Below, one piece after another: positions 48,526 to 58,669 of a stretch of DNA of 64,000 nucleotides; position 1 is the stretch's first letter; every line of letters starts with the position of its first letter. The notes beneath the pieces were generated by a model that worked only from the letters and a program-made list of their open reading frames with translations, had not been told where the DNA came from and searched no databases. The position numbers and the translations under genes were made by a program. Origin of the DNA: Bacteroidota bacterium (GTDB lineage: Bacteria > Bacteroidota > Bacteroidia > SXHM01); assembly GCA_947478465.1 (NCBI GenBank), contig CANJWH010000007.1, positions 10,794 through 74,793 of the forward strand. Direction: 5' to 3'.

Positions 48526-49476
48526 TTGAGAAAAGAAGGAAAAATATACATAGCAGGTCATCGCGGAATGGTAGGTTCTGCCATTTACAGAAAACTGAAA
48601 ACAGAAGGTTTTTCAAATTTTATTTTTCGCACTTCTGCTGAATTAGACCTGCGCAATCAACAGGAAGTAAAGGATTTTTTTGCTGCCGAAAAGCCGGACT
48701 ATGTTTTTCTTGCTGCCGCTAAAGTAGGAGGTATACAAGCCAACAATGTTTATCGTGCAGATTTCATTTACGAGAACCTGATGATTGAATGCAATGTCAT
48801 TCATGCAGCTTATGCAAATAAAGTGGAGAAGTTGATGTTTCTTGGTTCTTCCTGCATCTACCCGAAGCTGGCACCACAACCGCTGAAAGAAGATTACCTG
48901 CTTACAGGCGTATTGGAACAAACCAACGAGCCTTATGCAATAGCAAAAATTGCCGGAATAAAACTCTGCGACTCATACCGCAAACAATACGGTTGTAATT
49001 TTATTTCGGTAATGCCAACCAATTTGTATGGCCCTAATGATAATTATGATTTAGAGAAATCACATGTGCTTCCGGCACTCATTCGCAAATTTCACGAAGC
49101 GAAAGTTGCAGGAAAAACGGAAGTGGAAATATGGGGAAGCGGAACACCTTTGCGTGAATTTTTGCATGTAGATGATTTAGCTGATGCCTGTTATTACCTG
49201 ATGCAGAGCTACAATGAAGAAGGCTTGGTAAACATTGGTACAGGCACCGACCTTTCTATTAAAGACCTTGCCCTATTGGTAAAAAAGATAGTGGGCTTTA
49301 ACGGTGAGTTGAAATTTAACGCATCAAAACCAGATGGCACTCCCCGCAAGCTGATGGACGTAAGCAAGCTTCACTCCTTTGGTTGGAATCACAAGATAGA
49401 TTTAGAGCAGGGGATATCAATGGTTTACAGCGACCCTGAAACCATCAGAAAATTTCAGGAAGCAACTATAGCCTGA
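48526..49476 (+). CDS. fcl: GDP-L-fucose synthase (GDP-4-keto-6-deoxymannose 3,5-epimerase/4-reductase); TTG start
   Basis: 316 aa; [31 protein letters not shown] motifs. Confidence 0.9.
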   Translation: MRKEGKIYIAGHRGMVGSAIYRKLKTEGFSNFIFRTSAELDLRNQQEVKDFFAAEKPDYVFLAAAKVGGIQANNVYRADFIYENLMIECNVIHAAYANKVEKLMFLGSSCIYPKLAPQPLKEDYLLTGVLEQTNEPYAIAKIAGIKLCDSYRKQYGCNFISVMPTNLYGPNDNYDLEKSHVLPALIRKFHEAKVAGKTEVEIWGSGTPLREFLHVDDLADACYYLMQSYNEEGLVNIGTGTDLSIKDLALLVKKIVGFNGELKFNASKPDGTPRKLMDVSKLHSFGWNHKIDLEQGISMVYSDPETIRKFQEATIA

Positions 49477-49483
49477 TAACCGG

Positions 49484-51130
49484 ATGAAGAGCCGGTTGAC
49501 ACAAAAAATACTTGTTTATCTTCTTGTTTCTGTCCTGCTGGTATTAGTTTATCCGCTCGACCTTCATTTCCCCACAGGCAACCAGTGCATCTATTTTTTC
49601 TGGGGAATAAAGAATGCCGGTTTTGGTTTTCTGGAACACGATTTTCTTGCAACACAAGCTGATCCCTTTCCTTTGTTTTCATGGTTGGTGCAGTATTCGT
49701 CCAGTCTTTTCGATTCCAATAGTTTTTTGTTCTGGTATTGGCTGCTTAACCTGGTTTATGTAATTGCATTTTTCGAAATAGCAGAAGATGTAAGCAAACA
49801 ACTTTCGTTAAAGCTGAATAAAGTGCTTTTTACTTTGCTTTTCCTTTTTGCTAATTCTACATTCATCTGGGGCTTCTTCTTTTCCCGTTTCTTCAACCTT
49901 GATTTACGCTGGGCATGGGACTCGGGCTTTGCAGAACAGGGAATTCTGAGAGGCTATTTTCAGCCTTCTGTTTTTGGAGTTTTTATTTTGTTGTCGGTTG
50001 CTTTGTTTGCGAAAAGAAGATTTGTGCCGGCATTTGTTTCGGCAGCAATTGCAGCTTGTTTTCACGCAAATTATCTGCTCGTCAGTGCGGTATTCATAAG
50101 CGTTTATCTTTTGTTTTTAGTAAAAGAAAAGAACTACAAAACAGCAATCATTGGCGGTGTTGTTTCGCTCGCGATTGTGCTTCCTTACCTGCTTTATGTT
50201 TTCAAAAATTTCGGCACAGCCTTTCCCGAAACAGTTGAATATATTCGCAATAACATAAAAGGACATATACACTTTGATTACAAGGTGTGGATGAATTCGG
50301 AGGCGTTTTTGCAAATGACTTTAATTGTCTTTGCGATGTGGCTGGTCAGAGCAACTGCTTTGTTGTTTCCGATGTCAATCGGGTTGGCAGTTCTTATTTT
50401 ACTTACCTTAACCACGTATACTTCAGGTAGCATTTTTCTGTTGAATTTAACTCCCTGGAGAATATCGGTGGTGCTTGTTCCGGTTGCGGTTGCCGTTGTT
50501 ATGGAACGCCTTTCATCCATCACAAATGTTAAACTGAATAATTTGATTATTTCAATTGTTCTTACAGCAACGCTGTCAGCTTTATATTTCCGCATTTTTG
50601 GAAACAGCTCAGGTGATTTTATCTTAAAATGGAGAATACTAACTCTTTTAGTCTTTGTTGCAACGTTTGGTGTTATATTGCTTTTTGAGAAGTACCTCCC
50701 ACATCTTAATCTCAAAAGTATTACTCCATTAGCTGCACTGCTTCTTATTGTTTGCCTTGGCTTATCAGGAATTCTCCTTCATAAAAACGACAGGAAAAGT
50801 GAAAAGGAATTAATGGAATTTGTCAGCAAGAATAGTTCTCAGGAGCAGCACTATCTTATTCCACCGGAACTGACAGATTTCAGGCTTGCAACAGGAGCGC
50901 CTGTTTTTGTTGATAGCACAATTTATCACAGTAACGCATTACCTGAATGGGATAAGCGGATAAAAATTGCCAATCGTTTTTTTGCTGCAAGCGATACTGT
51001 TTTGTTAGATTCATTGGTCAGAAATTGCGGTATTACTCATATCATTGCAAAAGAGGATTTTGATTTTAATAAGAGCAACGAAGTTTACCGTAACAAGCGA
51101 TACGCTATTTTTGAAGTAAGTGAACAGTAA
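49484..51130 (+). CDS. uncharacterised polytopic integral membrane protein (~12 TM) with C-terminal soluble domain; candidate GT-C-like glycosyltransferase/polymerase of the glycan locus
   Basis: 548 aa; many hydrophobic helices; position between fcl and wzm; overlaps wzm start by 11 nt. Confidence 0.4.
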   Translation: MKSRLTQKILVYLLVSVLLVLVYPLDLHFPTGNQCIYFFWGIKNAGFGFLEHDFLATQADPFPLFSWLVQYSSSLFDSNSFLFWYWLLNLVYVIAFFEIAEDVSKQLSLKLNKVLFTLLFLFANSTFIWGFFFSRFFNLDLRWAWDSGFAEQGILRGYFQPSVFGVFILLSVALFAKRRFVPAFVSAAIAACFHANYLLVSAVFISVYLLFLVKEKNYKTAIIGGVVSLAIVLPYLLYVFKNFGTAFPETVEYIRNNIKGHIHFDYKVWMNSEAFLQMTLIVFAMWLVRATALLFPMSIGLAVLILLTLTTYTSGSIFLLNLTPWRISVVLVPVAVAVVMERLSSITNVKLNNLIISIVLTATLSALYFRIFGNSSGDFILKWRILTLLVFVATFGVILLFEKYLPHLNLKSITPLAALLLIVCLGLSGILLHKNDRKSEKELMEFVSKNSSQEQHYLIPPELTDFRLATGAPVFVDSTIYHSNALPEWDKRIKIANRFFAASDTVLLDSLVRNCGITHIIAKEDFDFNKSNEVYRNKRYAIFEVSEQ

Positions 51131-51953
51131 AGACCACACATTTGTAATTGATGCGAACAGCAGAAAGCCTCTTAATCTGAAAGAGATATGGGAGTTTCGC
51201 GAGTTGCTTTACTTCTTCGCCTGGCGCGACATTAAGGTAAAGTATAAGCAGACCTTTTTGGGCGTTACTTGGGCTTTTATTCAGCCTTTTCTGATGATGC
51301 TGGTATTAAATATCTTTTTCGGACAGATGTTGCATTTTCCTTCAGAGACCTTGCCGTATTCGGTCTTTGCATTTACGGGTTTAATTATCTGGAATATTTT
51401 TTCAAGCGGAACTATTAATTCCAGTAACAGCATGCTGACAAACGCAGTTATTATAAAGAAGAACTATTTTCCACGCATTATTCTTCCGCTAGCTGCTGTT
51501 ATTGTTTCTCTTTTTGATTTTCTGGTTTCTTTTATTCTGTTCGGTGGCTTGCTTATCTGGTTTCGGGTATTGCCGGATGTATTACGGTTCATTGCATTTT
51601 TTCCGTTTGCAGTTTTAATTGCATTAATTACAACGGTTGGAACAGGAGTAATCATCGGTGCCATGAGCATCCGTTTTCGCGACTTCCGGATTGTTATGCC
51701 TTTTCTTATTCAGCTTTTACTTTTCATCACTCCGGTTATCTATCCTATTTCAGCTATCTCTAATAAAACATTGTATCACGTGCTTGCCTTAAATCCTATG
51801 GCCGGTGCAATAAGTCTTGCACGTGCTGCACTAACACATAATCCTGTTGACTGGATAATAATCGGAATAAGTTCAGGTATGGCAGTTTTTATTTTTATAC
51901 TTGGTATGCTGATTTTTAAAAAGAACGAAACACTTATTTCAGATTTAGCATAA
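51120..51953 (+). CDS. wzm: ABC-2 type polysaccharide/O-antigen export permease (Wzm)
   Basis: 277 aa, 6 TM; RELLYFFAWRDIKVKYKQTFLGVTWAFIQPF ABC-2 signature. Confidence 0.85.
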   Translation: MNSKDHTFVIDANSRKPLNLKEIWEFRELLYFFAWRDIKVKYKQTFLGVTWAFIQPFLMMLVLNIFFGQMLHFPSETLPYSVFAFTGLIIWNIFSSGTINSSNSMLTNAVIIKKNYFPRIILPLAAVIVSLFDFLVSFILFGGLLIWFRVLPDVLRFIAFFPFAVLIALITTVGTGVIIGAMSIRFRDFRIVMPFLIQLLLFITPVIYPISAISNKTLYHVLALNPMAGAISLARAALTHNPVDWIIIGISSGMAVFIFILGMLIFKKNETLISDLA

Positions 51954-51958
51954 ATAAG

Positions 51959-53167
51959 ATGAAGACCATTCTGGAAGTAAATAGTGTTTCAAAAAAATAT
52001 TCGCTCAGCGGAATTAATCCTGCTTACCAGACATTGAGCGGTTCAATGACCAATTTTTTTAGAGGAGGAAAAAGTAATGAACGCGAATTCTGGGCATTGA
52101 AAGATGTAAGTTTTGAAGTAAAGGAAGGTGACACACTTGGTATTATTGGCAGAAATGGAGCGGGCAAAACAACTTTGTTAAAAATTATTTCACGCATTAC
52201 ATCCCCCACAAGCGGAAGAATAACTGGAAGAGGAAAAGTAACCAGTCTGCTGGAAGTAGGAACCGGTTTTCATCTTGAACTAACTGGAAGAGAAAACATT
52301 TACATGAATGGTTCTATTCTTGGTTTGAAGAAGAAAGAAATAGATGCCAAACTCGAAGAGATAGTAGAGTTTTCGGGAGTAGGGGAGTTTATAGATAACC
52401 CGTTGAAATTCTATTCGAGTGGAATGCAATTAAGACTTGCCTTTTCCATTGGTGCACATCTTGAACCGGAGATTTTGGCAATTGATGAAGTTCTTGCCGT
52501 TGGCGATTCGCTCTTTCAACAGAAGTGCATTGAAAAGATGACTTCCATTGTAAAAAGCGGAAGAACCATACTTTTTGTCTCCCATAATATGCAGGCTTTG
52601 AAATCTATTTGCAACAAAGCAATAGTGCTTGATACAGGTAAAAAAATATTTGAAGGAACAGCAGAAGCTGCCGTTGATTATTACAATACCGAACATCGGT
52701 TACAGGGACAAACCATTAACCTGCTTGATTTGCCAAGGGGCAAATATGCAGGTGAACTGATTTTCAGAGAACTTAAATTTGCTACACCGACATTTCAATA
52801 CGGAGAAGATATTTCGTTTTCTGTTTTACTGAAAACAATAAACCCATCGGCAAGAAAAGACAATGTAATTTTCGGAGCAAACGTGATTGACCGTTTTGGA
52901 AATAATATTTATCACATCAGTAACATCCTCACCAATCAACCGTTTATTCATGGTTCGGATAGCGATGAATATCAATTCTCAATAAAAAGTAACTTGCGCC
53001 CCGGACAATACAGGCTTACACTTTGTCTTACGGTTAATGATGTGGTTCAGGATTTTTTTACTGAATTAATTGATTTTATAATTGAAGAAGGAAACCCTTA
53101 TGGTTTTTCAAAAACAGGATTTATTCAAGGGATGGTGTTTACGGGGTTTGAGATATGGAAGAAGTAG
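51959..53167 (+). CDS. wzt: polysaccharide/O-antigen export ABC ATP-binding protein (Wzt) with C-terminal substrate-binding extension
   Basis: 402 aa; Walker A GRNGAGKTTLLK, signature YSSGMQLRL, Walker B ILAIDEV; ~150 aa C-terminal extra domain. Confidence 0.85.
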   Translation: MKTILEVNSVSKKYSLSGINPAYQTLSGSMTNFFRGGKSNEREFWALKDVSFEVKEGDTLGIIGRNGAGKTTLLKIISRITSPTSGRITGRGKVTSLLEVGTGFHLELTGRENIYMNGSILGLKKKEIDAKLEEIVEFSGVGEFIDNPLKFYSSGMQLRLAFSIGAHLEPEILAIDEVLAVGDSLFQQKCIEKMTSIVKSGRTILFVSHNMQALKSICNKAIVLDTGKKIFEGTAEAAVDYYNTEHRLQGQTINLLDLPRGKYAGELIFRELKFATPTFQYGEDISFSVLLKTINPSARKDNVIFGANVIDRFGNNIYHISNILTNQPFIHGSDSDEYQFSIKSNLRPGQYRLTLCLTVNDVVQDFFTELIDFIIEEGNPYGFSKTGFIQGMVFTGFEIWKK

Positions 53168-53308
53168 ATAGTTGCCTCATAGGTATATATTTATTGAATA
53201 TCTTATAATAAAAATAAAATTTTACCAAACTAAAATTATCTGTAAAAGCTAATAAAGTTGGATAAATAAAATTAGTACTATTGTAAAAATAATACTAGAT
53301 AGAGAATT

Positions 53309-54196
53309 ATGAATATTTATAAAAAGGAGCAAATAAATCGATTAGTAACTGGTTTTATTAATGACGCAACCAATCCTAAAATTTTAGTTAAAATATTTAC
53401 TAAGCCATGGAAAATTCCGGTTACACTTTATAATTTCTCAAAGAGAGTAATCGGAATTAATAAGAATGTTGTCTTCAAACCGGAAACAGCAGGAGAACAA
53501 CTGATGAGAGAACTTCTTACTGTTGATGCAATAGTAACACTTACAAAGAATAATTGCACCGTAAGTAAAGAAATAAAAATGATGAATGAAGTTTTCCCCG
53601 AATCTCCAGTAAATAAAGAAGATTTAAATCAATTGGCAGAGTTACTTAATCAGCATGGTTCAGATAAGGTTAGTTTTAATTATCATATTGCGTATTCTGC
53701 CCTTCTAAAAGGTAAAAAGAATAACGCTATTAATACACTGGAAATCGGACTGGGTACCAATAATATTGATGTTTTGTCTAATATGGGGGTTAACGGAAAA
53801 CCCGGAGCTTCACTCAGAGCCTTTAGAGATATGTATCCCAATGCTCAGGTTTTTGGCGCGGATATAGACAAACGGGTTCTTTTTTCTGAAGATAGAATAA
53901 AAACATTTTTTGTTGATCAAACCAGTCCTGCTATTCTCTCAGATTTTAAAAAGCAATTGGGAGGTATTAAATTTGATTTAATAATTGATGATGGGCTGCA
54001 CAATGCACAGGCAAATCTTAATACGTTAAATTTTGCACTTGATTTATTAGCAGATGATGGTGTTTTTGTAATTGAGGATATAGCAAAAACTGATTTTAAA
54101 TACTATCAGATCGTTGAGGCAATCTTAAAAAATAAATTCTCGGTTGATTTTATTCAAACCAACAACAATCATATCTGTGTATTTCGTAAAAAATAG
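53309..54196 (+). CDS. putative class I SAM-dependent methyltransferase
   Basis: 295 aa; TLEIGLGT (motif I-like), VFGADID, FDLIIDDGLH; AT-rich gene. Confidence 0.5.
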   Translation: MNIYKKEQINRLVTGFINDATNPKILVKIFTKPWKIPVTLYNFSKRVIGINKNVVFKPETAGEQLMRELLTVDAIVTLTKNNCTVSKEIKMMNEVFPESPVNKEDLNQLAELLNQHGSDKVSFNYHIAYSALLKGKKNNAINTLEIGLGTNNIDVLSNMGVNGKPGASLRAFRDMYPNAQVFGADIDKRVLFSEDRIKTFFVDQTSPAILSDFKKQLGGIKFDLIIDDGLHNAQANLNTLNFALDLLADDGVFVIEDIAKTDFKYYQIVEAILKNKFSVDFIQTNNNHICVFRKK

Positions 54197-54217
54197 ATAA
54201 ACATTTATATTTTAATT

Positions 54218-55102
54218 ATGGCTATTCCCATTTTCTTTGTTCATAAGACAGATAGCTCGTATTTAAAATATGCATTAAAGCAGACCTGGAAATTTAATCC
54301 CGATTCTCCGATTTATCTTTTAGGAGATGAAAGCAATAATAAATATCCGTTTGTAACTCATCTTAATATCTCGGACTACTCTGCAAGCGCTGAAGCGTTT
54401 AAAAAGGTTTACCGCCACATGTCGGCAACTAATATTGATTATGAACTGTTTTGTTTTCTGCGTTGGTTTTATATCAGGGATTTTGTAGTTCAGAATAATA
54501 TCGAATCTTTTATTTGTCTTGACTCGGATGTGCTTGTATTCTCTGATTTAACTGAAGCATTAAACCCTTTTCAGCATCTTTCAATTGCAAATGAAGGAAA
54601 AGCTATGCCGGCATTTACTTATTTCGGTAACAGTAAAGCTATTTTCGATTTTTGTGAGTTTACAATTAATCAATATACAGTCCCGTCTTATATAAAAAGA
54701 CTTGATCTGGAGTGGGAAGCACAGAAGCCCAGGAATTGGGGCGGTATATGCGATATGGTAATCTTTCTTTTTTACTTTACTGAATTTCCGAATAATCTGG
54801 GTAAGTTAGATGCGATTATTAACGATTCAACCTTTGACAGGCATATACGCGGAAATGATGGTTTTGAAATGGATGGAGACCATAAAAAATTTATCTGGAA
54901 ACGTAAACAGCCTTTTGGTTATCACTTACAATCAAAAAAGTGGATTCGCTTTCATGGAATACATTATCAGGGGCATTCAAAAACGTTAATGTATAAACAC
55001 TATTCCGGAGGTGGGTATTATTTGCAGCGGTTAAGTGAATTTATAAAAGAACTTAGAGATAAATATCAGTTAAGGACCAGAATAAAAAAAATACTTAAGT
55101 AA
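54218..55102 (+). CDS. hypothetical GT-A-like (GT8-like) glycosyltransferase with DXD motif
   Basis: 294 aa; IPIFFVHKTDSSYLKY N-terminus, FICLDSDVLVFSDL DXD motif. Confidence 0.45.
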   Translation: MAIPIFFVHKTDSSYLKYALKQTWKFNPDSPIYLLGDESNNKYPFVTHLNISDYSASAEAFKKVYRHMSATNIDYELFCFLRWFYIRDFVVQNNIESFICLDSDVLVFSDLTEALNPFQHLSIANEGKAMPAFTYFGNSKAIFDFCEFTINQYTVPSYIKRLDLEWEAQKPRNWGGICDMVIFLFYFTEFPNNLGKLDAIINDSTFDRHIRGNDGFEMDGDHKKFIWKRKQPFGYHLQSKKWIRFHGIHYQGHSKTLMYKHYSGGGYYLQRLSEFIKELRDKYQLRTRIKKILK

Positions 55103-55758
55103 TGAGTAAATTTAATCCGCTTGATTTCATTAAAAATATTTTTAATTTATTAAAAATATTTACTATGAGGAAGGATATTAATTGGAGCTTTTTAACAAAA
55201 ATAATTAAGAATTCTGATTTAAATAGTGAAGCTAAAATTTATGGGCATTGCAATATAAATTATGTTACTATAGGCAGGGGGTCATATGTAAGCATAAATG
55301 CAAGAATTTCACATACAACCATTGGGAAATTCTGCTCCATTGGGCCAAATTTAGTTTGCGGATGGGGGATTCATCCGTTAAATGGTGTTTCTACATCTCC
55401 GGTATTTTTTTCAACCTTAAAACAACCGGGATTTACATTTTCTGAAACGGATAAAATTGAAGAAAGAAAACCAATAGTTATTGGGAATGATGTTTTTATT
55501 GGTGTAAATGTTACTATACTGGACGGAGTAACAATTGGCGATGGTGCAGTAATTGGTGCAGGTGCCGTTGTTAGTAAAGATATTCCTCCTTATGCAATTG
55601 CGGTTGGGTGTCCTATTAAAATAATCAAGTATAGATTTGATGAAAATACCATTAGAGAATTATTGGAACTAAAATGGTGGGATAAGGATGATGTTTATTT
55701 AAAAAAAATGAGTTCCGTTTTTTTTGATGTAAAAGGAATAATAAATGGATTTGATTGA
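55102..55758 (+). CDS. hexapeptide-repeat (LbH) acetyltransferase, CatB/xenobiotic acetyltransferase-like O-acetyltransferase
   Basis: 218 aa; VIGNDVFIGVNVTILDGVTIGDGAVIGAGAVVSKDIPPYAIAVGCPIK. Confidence 0.8.
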   Translation: MSKFNPLDFIKNIFNLLKIFTMRKDINWSFLTKIIKNSDLNSEAKIYGHCNINYVTIGRGSYVSINARISHTTIGKFCSIGPNLVCGWGIHPLNGVSTSPVFFSTLKQPGFTFSETDKIEERKPIVIGNDVFIGVNVTILDGVTIGDGAVIGAGAVVSKDIPPYAIAVGCPIKIIKYRFDENTIRELLELKWWDKDDVYLKKMSSVFFDVKGIINGFD

Positions 55759-56049
55759 TTACTGTTTTATTTTCTTATAGAAAGTATAGATAAATTCAAT
55801 TGTTCATTATGCTTAAGTACATTTAAATGATATTATTCGAAAATCTGGTTATTCATTATTTTGCCGACATCACTGATTTCATTTTCCTCATAATAAAGTT
55901 GAAAAAATAACATGTCACAAACCAGCCATAATTTAGATTCTGATAATCTTCCTGGTTTAGTTAAGGGATTTGGAATAAGTCGAATATTTTTCTAATTGCT
56001 GTAAATAAAATCACAATATTCCTTTAATGTTTCAAAGCTGCTGAAGTAA

Positions 56050-56343
56050 TTATATCTTGCACCAGCCTTTCCCCGGATAGTAATTAGAATTTTGAAAAAT
56101 GTTCGTCAACCACTTTGCTATTGCAAAACAGCAATACATCAGAATCAAGACAAAGGGAATGATCAAATTAAACCATTTGCTATGAACCAAAGCGAGAAAT
56201 AATATTACTCAAATCTCATTGGAGTGAATGACATTTTTACATAATGTTAAGAAAATGACTTGCACTGGCTGAGTAATCTGCAATATCAACATTTGTTATA
56301 AATTCATACTTGTTATTTGTCTGCACAACTATCAGATAAATGA
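56050..56343 (-). pseudogene. decayed, inverted fragment of a paralogue of the 54218-55102 GT-A-like gene
   Basis: Minus-strand translation IIYLIVVQTNNKYEFITNVDIADYSASASHFLNIM* aligns with IYLLGDESNNKYPFVTHLNISDYSASAEAF of the 54218 product; downstream frames give YYFSLWFI (cf. FCFLRWFYI) and FQNSNYYPGKGW (cf. FQHLSIANEGKAM) with stops/frameshifts. Confidence 0.5.
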
Positions 56344-56429
56344 TTTACACCGATTAAAATTTCAAGATTGTTTTAGTGTTTATTTTAAGTAAACATTGTC
56401 GCAAAAATACACAATTAACAGAGGGGTTT

Positions 56430-57236
56430 TCATTGCTTTCTATATGCGAATATGTTGAGTTGCATATCCATCCCCTCTTGCAATTTATTTTCGGTGTAGG
56501 GCTTTGCTGAACTAAATTGCGTTTGAATTTGGTATCTGAAGTTATTTTCTTTTAATATCGAAATTAATAAATCCAGGTTTTGTTCTTTATCAAGAAAGGA
56601 ATGATATTCAATAAAGATATTTTTTACATTTTTCAAATAATTTTTGCATTCAGCTAATACCCTTGTTTCTGCTCCTTCAATATCAATTTTAAGAAAATCT
56701 ATATCTGTTTCTTTTATAAAATTACTTAATAGCCTGGTTTTTATTTTTATTGTGTTATCTTTCTTGGTTTCTTCTTTCAGGATGATTTTACCTGCGTCTG
56801 CTTTTTCAGAATAAAAATCTACGGTGGTTATTTCATCCCATAATGCACAATTAAATAATTCTACATCAGATAATTTGAATTCGTTTACATTTGATTTTAA
56901 GATTTCAAAAATGTAAGGGTCTGCTTCGATACCTTTTATCTTTGAATTAGGAAAAATCGTTTTAAAATATAAAATGCTTAGCCCGCAATTTGATCCGCAA
57001 TCAACAATATTAGGCCTATTATTATTTGAGTTGAATTTATATATCTCGCCTTCAAAAATTTCTTTATAGCTATAGTAAAATGATAAAGAATCCGCTATCT
57101 TAAAATTATTTCTTGCAATTTTAATATTCAATGGTTTATGTCTTTCAATATTCAGAAGTTCCGAATAATTTCCTTTTTCAATTGGTGCAATCTTGTATCC
57201 AAGAGAGGCAATAATCTTTTTAATTATATTTTTCAT
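56430..57236 (-). CDS. FkbM-family methyltransferase
   Basis: 268 aa; NIVDCGSNCGLSILYF FkbM motif. Confidence 0.8.
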   Translation of the reverse strand: MKNIIKKIIASLGYKIAPIEKGNYSELLNIERHKPLNIKIARNNFKIADSLSFYYSYKEIFEGEIYKFNSNNNRPNIVDCGSNCGLSILYFKTIFPNSKIKGIEADPYIFEILKSNVNEFKLSDVELFNCALWDEITTVDFYSEKADAGKIILKEETKKDNTIKIKTRLLSNFIKETDIDFLKIDIEGAETRVLAECKNYLKNVKNIFIEYHSFLDKEQNLDLLISILKENNFRYQIQTQFSSAKPYTENKLQEGMDMQLNIFAYRKQ

Positions 57237-58470
57237 TTAATAGTTCTTTATATAGAGTTAAATAGGAGATTGCCTGCTTCTGTTGATTAAAATTTATATA
57301 AGCTTTATTCCTTATTAATTCATTTGAAAATTTATATTTATTACTCAAAAATTCATCAATAGCTTTTGCAAGACCTGATGCTGAATTTTCATCAGCTAAA
57401 ATGCCATTTTCGCCTGTTTTAATGCATTCACCTATGCCACCTGCCCTAAAGCCAATTAAGGGGATTCCACATGATAAAGCCTCAAGCATAGTATTAGGCA
57501 AATTATCTTCAAGTGATGGCAGTATAAATGCATCAGCAGCGTTGTAGGCAGCTACCATCTTTTCATCATCACTGATGTGCCCGGTGTAGTGAACGTTAAG
57601 TGTATCTTTAGAATCTTTTTTTGTTCCGACTGCAAGCAAAAGAATATCTTTACGATTAAGCATTACTAAAGCTTTTTTTAAAAGATTAAATCCTTTGCGT
57701 TCTTCAAATAATTTGTCGCTGATAAAAAGAAGTACTTTCTTATTAGTTGTAATTTTAAAATAGCTTCTGGCTTTGTCCTTCTTTTGGTTTTTAAAAATCT
57801 CTGTATCTAATCCATTAGGTATGTGGTAATGATTGAATTTGCCCAATAGTGAACTTTGTGAAGATTGATCAAGTAGCCATTTTGAGGGTGTAACAACAGT
57901 TAGTTTTACATCAATTAATGATTTGATCTTTATTGAAAGATTCTTTTTTATGTAATCTACCATGTTTGTATTATCTGCCCATACTGGACAGTTATTACAA
58001 TCACTTTTAAAAGTAGTACAATCTTGAGCATAATGGCACCCCCCTGTAAAAGGATTTTGATCATGGAGTGTCCATACTATTTTCTTTGTGTTATCTTTGA
58101 AAAAACTTGGGTAGTCAATAAATTCAGAAACCCAGTGTAGATTAATTATATCAGCTTTGCGGTAGATTTCATTTTGAGTAATATCAAAATCACTTTCTGC
58201 AAATGAGAACATGGTTTTATTCTTTGCAATAGATGAAGTTATTAACTTATTTTTTTCAGACTTGGTTCGATAGAGTTTTAATCTTTTTAAAATTTTGAGA
58301 AAAAGATTTAATACAGGCTTTGCAAATTCGTGGCTATTTGCCAGTTCTGATTTTATATCTAGGTATAAGATGTGTGAATCTATTCCTTGTTTGAGTAATC
58401 CTAAATGCAGCCTTGTAGCTGCGATGCCAGCACCTCCTGAACTTGATGTAGAAATATGAAGAATCTTCAA
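57220..58470 (-). CDS. glycosyltransferase family 4 (GT-B group 1); TTG start
   Basis: 416 aa; MKILHISTSSSGGAGIAA N-terminus; C-terminal PSLEDNLPNTMLEALSCGIPLIGFRAGGIGE. Confidence 0.8.
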   Translation of the reverse strand: MKILHISTSSSGGAGIAATRLHLGLLKQGIDSHILYLDIKSELANSHEFAKPVLNLFLKILKRLKLYRTKSEKNKLITSSIAKNKTMFSFAESDFDITQNEIYRKADIINLHWVSEFIDYPSFFKDNTKKIVWTLHDQNPFTGGCHYAQDCTTFKSDCNNCPVWADNTNMVDYIKKNLSIKIKSLIDVKLTVVTPSKWLLDQSSQSSLLGKFNHYHIPNGLDTEIFKNQKKDKARSYFKITTNKKVLLFISDKLFEERKGFNLLKKALVMLNRKDILLLAVGTKKDSKDTLNVHYTGHISDDEKMVAAYNAADAFILPSLEDNLPNTMLEALSCGIPLIGFRAGGIGECIKTGENGILADENSASGLAKAIDEFLSNKYKFSNELIRNKAYINFNQQKQAISYLTLYKELLNEKYN

Positions 58471-58669
58471 AATTGTAAAAAAATATTATTTTATATATAA
58501 CAAGAAGCAAAATATTTAGTTAGTTCCTTTTCAAATTTTGACTTCTTGCTATCATTTCTTTTAATTGATATTAAGTTTTGAAAAGTTGATTTTTTAGTGG
58601 TAAATTCTTTTAATTCAATAAATTTCTCAATTAACAATGTCCATAATTTATCAACCATCATTATAGATA

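Noticed and set aside
58261-58275. GGTTCGA T-loop-like motif suggesting a tRNA
   Set aside because: It lies inside the GT4 coding sequence, and no acceptor/anticodon stem context is present. No tRNA cloverleaf could be built in any intergenic region of the window.
58468-58643. 58 aa minus-strand ORF (MMVDKLWTLLIEKFIELKEF...) in the AT-rich gap between two glycosyltransferase genes
   Set aside because: It is below the ORF-track threshold, low-complexity Lys/Glu-rich, and overlaps the TTG start of the GT4 gene. It is probably a chance ORF in 25% GC DNA, or possibly a remnant. It is not called as a gene.
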